Source: an uncultured Hyphomicrobiales bacterium
GTDB taxonomy: Bacteria > Bacteroidota > Ignavibacteria > Kapaibacteriales > UBA2268
DNA length: 64,000 bases
Assembly: GCA_964513465.1 (NCBI GenBank)
Contig: CAZEMR010000001.1
Span: 377-64,376, forward strand
Direction: 5' to 3'
The position numbers and the translations under genes are program-made. Positions within the stretch are counted from its first letter, which is position 1, and every line of letters starts with the position of its first letter. Of this stretch, positions 58,138 to 64,000 are shown piece after piece. The notes beneath the pieces were generated by a model. It saw only the letters and a list, made by a program, of their open reading frames with translations. It searched no databases and had not been told where the DNA came from.

Positions 58138-58740
58138 ATGACTGACAATCACTACCAACGCAAAGGGTGGCGTGCGTTATTGCCGCCCCCGAAATGGAGG
58201 CTGCCGGTCAGCATTGTGGCCGGGATGCTGGTGGGGTTTGCCGCGCTGGCTTTCCATATATCCAATGCGTCGTCCTATCTATCGGACGATCCGCGCGTGT
58301 GCATTAATTGCCATATAATGGCGCCGCATTATGTTACCTGGATGCATAGCAGCCATCGCGAATGGGCCACCTGCAACGACTGTCATGTACCACAGGAGAA
58401 TTTTGTCCGCAAATATTATTTCAAAGCCAAGGATGGAATGCGCCACGCGACAGTATTCACCCTACGGAACGAGCCGCATGTGATTATGCTCAACGAAGCC
58501 GCAAAGACGGTAGTGCAGAATAATTGCCTGCGCTGCCATATTCAACAGATGGGACCGGTCTCGGCAGCGAACGTCAGCGGAAAGAATTACATGACGGGCC
58601 AGGGCAAGCTGTGCTGGGACTGCCATCGCCTGACTCCGCACGGACGGACTCTTAGCGAAACTTCCACGCCTAATGCAATAATTCCGCCACTGAAGCCGGT
58701 AGTGCCCGGCTGGCTCGAAGACGATCAAAATCAAAAATAA
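58138..58740 (+). CDS. nrfH: cytochrome c nitrite reductase small subunit (NapC/NirT-family tetrahaem quinol dehydrogenase)
   Basis: 200 aa; N-terminal TM helix; four haem motifs CINCH, CNDCH, CLRCH, CWDCH. Confidence 0.9.
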   Translation: MTDNHYQRKGWRALLPPPKWRLPVSIVAGMLVGFAALAFHISNASSYLSDDPRVCINCHIMAPHYVTWMHSSHREWATCNDCHVPQENFVRKYYFKAKDGMRHATVFTLRNEPHVIMLNEAAKTVVQNNCLRCHIQQMGPVSAANVSGKNYMTGQGKLCWDCHRLTPHGRTLSETSTPNAIIPPLKPVVPGWLEDDQNQK

Positions 58741-58769
58741 TATGTCTATCATATCAATCAGGAGTATTT

Positions 58770-60254
58770 ATGGCTGATGAAAGCAAAAAGAGCAGAACCT
58801 GGATTTACTGGGTTTTGTTCATAGTTACCGTCATTGCCGTTTTCTTTATCGGTATGCTCAGTACTTCGATAATCGAGCGCCGCGCCGAACGCGTAGCAAA
58901 GCTGCAGCCGGTGGCCGATATCGGCGAATGGGAAACCGACAACAGCGTCTGGGGGCGCAATTATCCCCGCGAATACGAATCATGGCTGGAGCAGAAAGAC
59001 ACTTCGTTCCATAGCAAATACGGCGGCTCCGCCGAGATCAATTACCTTGATAAATATCCTGAAATGGTCGTGCTCTGGGCCGGCTATGGGTTCTCGAAGG
59101 GATATAATCAGGGCCGCGGACATGTTTATACAATTAAGGATATACGCGAGATACTTCGCACAGGCGGAGTAGAATCAAGCTCAATGCCCGCAACATGCTG
59201 GACATGTAAAAGTTCCGACGTACCCCGCTTAATGAACAAATACGGTGTTGCCGAATTTTACGATGGCAAATGGATAGAAAAAGGCGCCGAAGTAACCCAC
59301 CCGATGGGATGCCTCGACTGTCACGATCCGCAGACCATGAACCTGCGCATCTCACGCCCTGCTCTGATCGAAGCGTTGGAGCGCCGCGGAAAAAAGATGG
59401 AAGACTTTACTCATCAGGAAATGCGTTCGCTCGTATGTGCGCAGTGCCATGTGGAATATTATTTCCAAAAAGACGGCAATTATCTTGCATTCCCATGGGA
59501 CGACGGATTCTCCGCAGATTCGATGGAATATTATTATGACAAAATTGAATTCACCGACTGGGTGCATAAGCTAAGCAAAGCGCCAATGCTAAAAGCCCAG
59601 CATCCGGATTACGAATTCTATCTGACAGGCATCCACGCCAAAAGAGGCGTAGCCTGCGCCGACTGCCATATGCCATACAAGGTATCAGGAGGCGTGAAAT
59701 TTACCGATCATCATATTCAGAGCCCGCTGAATAATGTTGCCAATTCATGCCAGGTCTGCCACCGCGAGAGCAAGGAAACACTTGTGCAAAATGTATATGA
59801 CATTCAGGACAAAATCCGCGAAATTCGCGCGATCACAGAGGAAACACTTGCTAAAACTCATATCGACGCTCAGAAGGCATGGGAAGCCGGAGCAACCAGT
59901 GAAGAAATGGCCCCTGTGCTGAAGCATATCCGTCATGCACAATGGCGCTGGGACTATGCGGCAGCCGCTAACAGTATGGGATTCCACTCGCCGCTCGAAA
60001 CTATGCGCGTATTGGCCACCTCGATCGAGCGCGCCGAGAAAGCGCGAGGAATGCTATCGACAATTCTGGTATCTCACGGCCAGAGCTGGCCCGCCGATTA
60101 TCCTGATATTTCCACCCGACTAAAAGCCCAACAGTATATTGGTCTGGATATGGAATTTTTGATCAAGGATAAAGAGAAATTCCTGAATACAGTCGTAAAG
60201 GAATGGGAGAAAGAGGCTGCCACGAAAAAAACGGAAACCCAAAAAGCCGAATGA
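58770..60254 (+). CDS. nrfA: ammonia-forming pentahaem cytochrome c nitrite reductase
   Basis: 494 aa; N-terminal signal anchor; active-site haem motif CWTCK plus CLDCH, CAQCH, CADCH, CQVCH. Confidence 0.92.
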   Translation: MADESKKSRTWIYWVLFIVTVIAVFFIGMLSTSIIERRAERVAKLQPVADIGEWETDNSVWGRNYPREYESWLEQKDTSFHSKYGGSAEINYLDKYPEMVVLWAGYGFSKGYNQGRGHVYTIKDIREILRTGGVESSSMPATCWTCKSSDVPRLMNKYGVAEFYDGKWIEKGAEVTHPMGCLDCHDPQTMNLRISRPALIEALERRGKKMEDFTHQEMRSLVCAQCHVEYYFQKDGNYLAFPWDDGFSADSMEYYYDKIEFTDWVHKLSKAPMLKAQHPDYEFYLTGIHAKRGVACADCHMPYKVSGGVKFTDHHIQSPLNNVANSCQVCHRESKETLVQNVYDIQDKIREIRAITEETLAKTHIDAQKAWEAGATSEEMAPVLKHIRHAQWRWDYAAAANSMGFHSPLETMRVLATSIERAEKARGMLSTILVSHGQSWPADYPDISTRLKAQQYIGLDMEFLIKDKEKFLNTVVKEWEKEAATKKTETQKAE

Positions 60255-60285
60255 TCCATTCCGATTATTTAATTAATATATAAAA

Positions 60286-60330
60286 AATGGCTGTCCACCG
60301 ATTCCGGCGAGGGCAGCCATTATATTTTTT
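60286..60330. terminator. bidirectional rho-independent terminator (nrfA and the convergent lipoprotein gene)
   Basis: 11-bp stem AATGGCTGTCC / GGGCAGCCATT, flanked by AAAAAA on the left and ATATTTTTT on the right. Confidence 0.8.
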
Positions 60331-60350
60331 GATTTATACTGATTCGAAAT

Positions 60351-61247
60351 TTATTTCAGATAAAGACCGTCGCCAATAAAAAGATCGGTGCCTGGAATAG
60401 GTTCGACATAGCCAATTTTCTTTGCATCCTTGCCGGTCAGAGGATTATTCCAGTAATATTCCACAAATCCGCCGCCTTTTTTGGCAGCTTCGGCGAGATT
60501 ACGAATCACATAATTTCCCTCTTCGTCCTGCTTATCCCACAAATCAACTCCGACGATGTCTTTCTGAATCGGGTGTGCCACGCAAACGCCTTCCATATTA
60601 TAAATATAGAAATATCCGCTGTTGTCCGGATAAAACCGGATGTCTTCGATATAACTGCGCACGATGGCCAGTTGGTTTGTTTTATAGCTCGAATCACGGA
60701 GGATGCTTCCCAGCCCCACTGCCGTGTTGTGAACAGCAGTTTGTGCGATTGTCTTATGACACTCATATTCGCTTTCAGTGTTTTCGAGTGGCTTCAGATT
60801 GGCATGAGCGATCCATTTCCACTTGTCGCCGGTATTGAGCCAGACTGTCTGGCGAACTGCAGGGCTCGACGAAAGGCGCTCGTTGTTGATCGTTTCGGCA
60901 ACGGATATGGTATAGGTTACCACTAATACATCGCCATTGCGGGTAGTAATAAAATTGTCGAGAGTATAATCATTAATGTTCAGCTTTTTGATAAGATCAA
61001 TTTCTTCACTTCGTGATCGGGCGCCATCTGAATGAACCGACTGAAACCCTTGAGCAATGGAATTTTCGATCTCGGTCCAGTTTTTGTCCCCCATGTGTTT
61101 CCACATATCGCGAACGAGCTGCTCGCCCAGATCGGAGTTATCATCCGGATAAGAATTCTCGCTGCAGGCAGATATGCTAAATATTAGCATTGTAGATAAA
61201 ACAAAAGCAATCAGGTGTGTGGGAAAAAGGGTAGTTTTTTTCGTCAT
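60351..61247 (-). CDS. lipoprotein with an NTF2/SnoaL-like N-terminal domain and a single Cache (sCache_2-like) domain; no output domain
   Basis: 298 aa; lipobox FSISAC. NTF2-like block (WTEIENSIAQGFQSVHSDGA...VLVVTYTISV...WKWIAHANL). Cache-like block (YFYIYNMEGVCVAHP...GGGFVEYYWNNPLTGKDAKKIGYVEPIPGTDLFIGDG). Confidence 0.65.
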   Translation of the reverse strand: MTKKTTLFPTHLIAFVLSTMLIFSISACSENSYPDDNSDLGEQLVRDMWKHMGDKNWTEIENSIAQGFQSVHSDGARSRSEEIDLIKKLNINDYTLDNFITTRNGDVLVVTYTISVAETINNERLSSSPAVRQTVWLNTGDKWKWIAHANLKPLENTESEYECHKTIAQTAVHNTAVGLGSILRDSSYKTNQLAIVRSYIEDIRFYPDNSGYFYIYNMEGVCVAHPIQKDIVGVDLWDKQDEEGNYVIRNLAEAAKKGGGFVEYYWNNPLTGKDAKKIGYVEPIPGTDLFIGDGLYLK

Positions 61248-61422
61248 TTTGTCTCCTGCTTTAGTAAGAAGATGGTTATAAGAACTAAACTATAATATAA
61301 TAAATAACTTAAAAGAATAAAAGAATCTTCGGTAAAAAATTCTTCATTTATTAGGATTCCAATATAATTCCTGAATTTGCGTTAAAATTATTTGTGATAA
61401 TATATATAACAGGAAAAATGCG

Positions 61423-61992
61423 ATGGCAGTATTACCAATATATAACAGCTTTCATCCCGTATTAAAAGAAAAATCAGTGAGAATCGAAGCAATCGACGAG
61501 CGTATCAGCAGACTCATAGACGATATGTTCGAAACGCTCCATAATGTATCAAATGGTGTGGGGCTTGCGTCCAATCAGGTCGGCGCCACAGACCGTGTGG
61601 TGGTAATCGATCTCTCGGTCGATGAAGATTTGCCACAGCGTCCGCCGATTGTAATGATTAATCCTGAAATCGTAGAATTTTCTGAATACGAAGAAGAAGA
61701 TCCCGAGGGCTGCCTGAGTGTGCCCGGCATTTTTGAAAAAGTCAGCAGGCCGGAGGCAATCAAAGTGAAATATTTTGATCGCAATATGAATGAAGTCGTC
61801 GAGAATGTGAGCGGATTCCTCGCCAGGGTAATGCAACACGAGATCGACCATCTGAATGGAATTCTTTTCTACGAAAAAGTGACCCCTCTGCGCAGAACGC
61901 TTTTGAAAAGCAAGCTGAAAAAAATTAAGCGGGGAGATATTGAAGCGGACTACCCCATGGTTAACGCAGACAATACGAGCTATACACCATAA
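61423..61992 (+). CDS. def: peptide deformylase
   Basis: 189 aa; GVGLASNQVG, EGCLSVPG, HEIDHLNG motifs; AGGAAAAA RBS upstream. Confidence 0.92.
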   Translation: MAVLPIYNSFHPVLKEKSVRIEAIDERISRLIDDMFETLHNVSNGVGLASNQVGATDRVVVIDLSVDEDLPQRPPIVMINPEIVEFSEYEEEDPEGCLSVPGIFEKVSRPEAIKVKYFDRNMNEVVENVSGFLARVMQHEIDHLNGILFYEKVTPLRRTLLKSKLKKIKRGDIEADYPMVNADNTSYTP

Positions 61993-61997
61993 AAATT

Positions 61998-62036
61998 AAG
62001 CGGATGAGTCAAATATGGCCCATCCGCTTTTTTTTG
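61998..62036. terminator. rho-independent terminator after def (possibly bidirectional)
   Basis: 9-bp stem AAGCGGATG / CATCCGCTT followed by TTTTTTTT; A-rich on the left side, so it may also serve the convergent gene. Confidence 0.8.
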
Positions 62037-62047
62037 GAAAATATATA

Positions 62048-63418
62048 TTATTTCTGAATAATTATCTTCCGGGTGGAAATCATTTCGCCGCTCGATATCC
62101 TAAGCATATATACTCCCGAATTAATTTCACCGCCGAGTGGTATCTGCACCACCTGCGCACCTGCGGGCAAATACCGTGACATCGACATCACAGGATTGCC
62201 AAGCATATCGCAGATCGCAAATTCAACGCTGCCGCCGATTGGATTATCCCAGCTTATATTAATCTGCGAATTCGCAGGCTGTGGGTATAACGAGTAAATC
62301 GCGTCTTTAGCGCCATTATTTTCATTAACCCCGGCAATCAGATAGTCCGACTGATAGAGGCCATCGCCATAAACCGATGCCAGCACCTGGAATCCGTCAT
62401 CACTTACTGCCCAGTTAGGAATAGCAACTTTGTTGACAAATCCTTCCGGCATTCCATTATTCGAGGGTTCCCACTGCTTGCCGTATTTGCTGCTGATCCA
62501 TACGCCGTCCTCGCCGCAGGCCGCCGCCATATACTCCGGATGTTCGGGATGCTGGGCTATGTCATAAACCTGCAGTCCGTATCCGCCGGTGAATTCCCAG
62601 GTCATGCCTGCGTCTGTGGTGCGGTATATGCCTTTGCCGATGCCCTTGCCGCTGGTGGCTATCGAATCCAGTCCGCATATAAATATATCCTGTCCCTCGA
62701 GCGAAGGTACGATGCTGAGTACACGATAATCCTTGATAGATTCACCGCGTTGCTCCCATGACTGTGTGGCATTAATAAAAGTCCATACGCCGCTGGCATA
62801 TTTGCCATCAGCGCCGAACAGCACTGTTGATCCGCCCTGGTTGTCTTTTGCCAGGCAGCGCGACTGAATCTCGAGTTCTTCGGTCTGGTAGCAATTTTCG
62901 AAGCCGTCCTCGGTGAAGACTATGCCATGAGCGGAATTAACAGCCGATACCAGTAGATGCTCATCATTGCTCATTTCTATCATATCCAGCGCCTGATAGG
63001 AATTTTTGCAGCCATACTCATCTGTTGTCCATGTTTCGCCGCCGTCGTAAGAGCGTGCCATGTAGCCCTTCATAAGCTCGGCGACAGATGCGTACATTGT
63101 ATTCGGATTGAGAGAGCTTTTGAAAATTTTCTGAACGGAATAGCCGACCAGTCGGTAGTCGTCAAAGCTCTGGCCGCGATTGGTACTAATCAGATATCCA
63201 TTGCCCGCGCTGGGGAAAATCGAAGCATCGTCGATTATGGTTTCAACTGCGTCGGAGGCTACTATCAGCAGATCGGGACTGACCGCATCCACATAAATAT
63301 CATTGATATAAGGATTAGTGCCGCCGATTTTCTGCCAATTCTGAGCAATCGCAGTCGTAGTGAAAACCGCCACAGTAAATACGATAAAAATCATAAGCTT
63401 GGTAAGGTTTTTCGTCAT
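62048..63418 (-). CDS. secreted beta-propeller (BNR/sialidase-like repeat) protein with T9SS type-A C-terminal sorting domain
   Basis: 456 aa; signal peptide; repeated S-x-D-x-G-x-T-W-like motifs (STNRGQSF, SYDGGETW, TTDAGMTW); C-terminal LYPQPANSQINISW...GVYMLRISS...KIIIQK. Confidence 0.65.
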   Translation of the reverse strand: MTKNLTKLMIFIVFTVAVFTTTAIAQNWQKIGGTNPYINDIYVDAVSPDLLIVASDAVETIIDDASIFPSAGNGYLISTNRGQSFDDYRLVGYSVQKIFKSSLNPNTMYASVAELMKGYMARSYDGGETWTTDEYGCKNSYQALDMIEMSNDEHLLVSAVNSAHGIVFTEDGFENCYQTEELEIQSRCLAKDNQGGSTVLFGADGKYASGVWTFINATQSWEQRGESIKDYRVLSIVPSLEGQDIFICGLDSIATSGKGIGKGIYRTTDAGMTWEFTGGYGLQVYDIAQHPEHPEYMAAACGEDGVWISSKYGKQWEPSNNGMPEGFVNKVAIPNWAVSDDGFQVLASVYGDGLYQSDYLIAGVNENNGAKDAIYSLYPQPANSQINISWDNPIGGSVEFAICDMLGNPVMSMSRYLPAGAQVVQIPLGGEINSGVYMLRISSGEMISTRKIIIQK

Positions 63419-63607
63419 TGGGAGTTCCAGAAATTATATTTAACAAAATGATTGATTTTCAGAATTTTGAATCAATAATATGAAATTATATGAATTATTC
63501 CTAAGAAAAAAGTATGCCGGAAAATAAACTGAAAATTAATTTGTTACATTCGGGATAATGTATAAATTAGTATAAAATTATATCATAAATCTCCCGCTTG
63601 CACTACG

Positions 63608-64000
63608 ATGAACGCCCGAGAAATTCTTGATCTGATCGACGAAGGGGAATCCACCACCCTCGAATTCAAGCGCAAAGTCCGCAATCCCGAAAAGCTCGCA
63701 CGCGAGATTTCCGCATTTGCAAATACCCGCGGAGGATTCATCCTTGTCGGGGTGGACGACAACGGCACAATCTACGGCGTTCGCAGCGAGAAATCCGAGA
63801 TCGACATCATCGAACTCGCCGCAGGATTCTTTCTCGATCCTCCAGTCGAGCCGGAAATCGATATGGTTAACGTGAAGAGCAGGGAAGTAGTGGTTGTTTA
63901 TATACCTCAGAGCGAGACCAAACCGCATGTGGTGCTCCACGAGGACAAGCAGACCGGCAAGCAATTCCGCCGCGCTTACGTAAGGGTGGGCGAAAAATCC
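63608..64000 (+). CDS. AlbA_2 (Schlafen-like) putative DNA-binding domain protein, N-terminal part only (runs off the window)
   Basis: Own translation from ATG 63608: MNAREILDLIDEGESTTLEFKRKVRNPEKLAREISAFANTRGGFILVGVDDNGTIYGV...; ES..LEFK and FANT.GG.ILVGV are hallmark AlbA_2 motifs; open to base 64000. Confidence 0.65.
   Translation, partial: MNAREILDLIDEGESTTLEFKRKVRNPEKLAREISAFANTRGGFILVGVDDNGTIYGVRSEKSEIDIIELAAGFFLDPPVEPEIDMVNVKSREVVVVYIPQSETKPHVVLHEDKQTGKQFRRAYVRVGEKS

Overview
This is a dense, mostly housekeeping chromosomal segment with about 56 protein-coding genes, short AT-rich spacers and several clear intrinsic terminators. I saw no rRNA, tRNA, CRISPR array, transposase, integrase or phage genes. 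All calls come from reading the supplied translations and the DNA by eye, using remembered family motifs; no searches were run.

Three proteins end in T9SS-type C-terminal sorting domains, and many genes have GGAG-like Shine-Dalgarno sites. Together these suggest, by inference only, a member of the Fibrobacterota-Chlorobiota-Bacteroidota (FCB) group outside the class Bacteroidia.

Recognisable content:
- Energy and central metabolism: nuoD, nuoE, sucD, fumC, ndk, accD, trxB
- Squalene synthesis: hpnC, hpnD
- Cell wall: murD, ftsW, murB
- RNA and translation: trmH, queG, rnr, rpsA, def, tsaD, hpf
- Envelope and redox: ppiD, dsbD
- Signalling: hprK, and a GAF protein with a degenerate GGDEF domain
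- A nitrite / nitric-oxide island: a 4Fe-4S protein-cupin-hcp operon, a divergent Rrf2 regulator gene, and nrfHA

I did not find a convincing, clearly novel multi-gene system. The observations most worth a second look are:
1. An intact ORF that is only the C-terminal half of ClpB, sitting 20 bp upstream of a gene for a VWA-OmpA-SPOR lipoprotein.
2. The hcp/rrf2 divergent control region, where one palindromic TTGCAA hexamer can serve as the -35 box for both promoters and two AGAC-N6-GTCT inverted repeats overlap the hcp promoter.
3. A translationally coupled MBL-Rieske-QueG string.
4. Lone nuoD, nuoE and sucD genes outside their canonical operons.
5. A degenerate GGDEF domain that keeps an RxxD I-site.
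6. Lysine-rich or acidic low-complexity tails on housekeeping enzymes.

Both window edges carry partial nuclease or DNA-binding genes of types often seen in defence islands: a NucS/DUF91-like gene on the left and an AlbA_2/Schlafen-like gene on the right. Their context lies outside the window.
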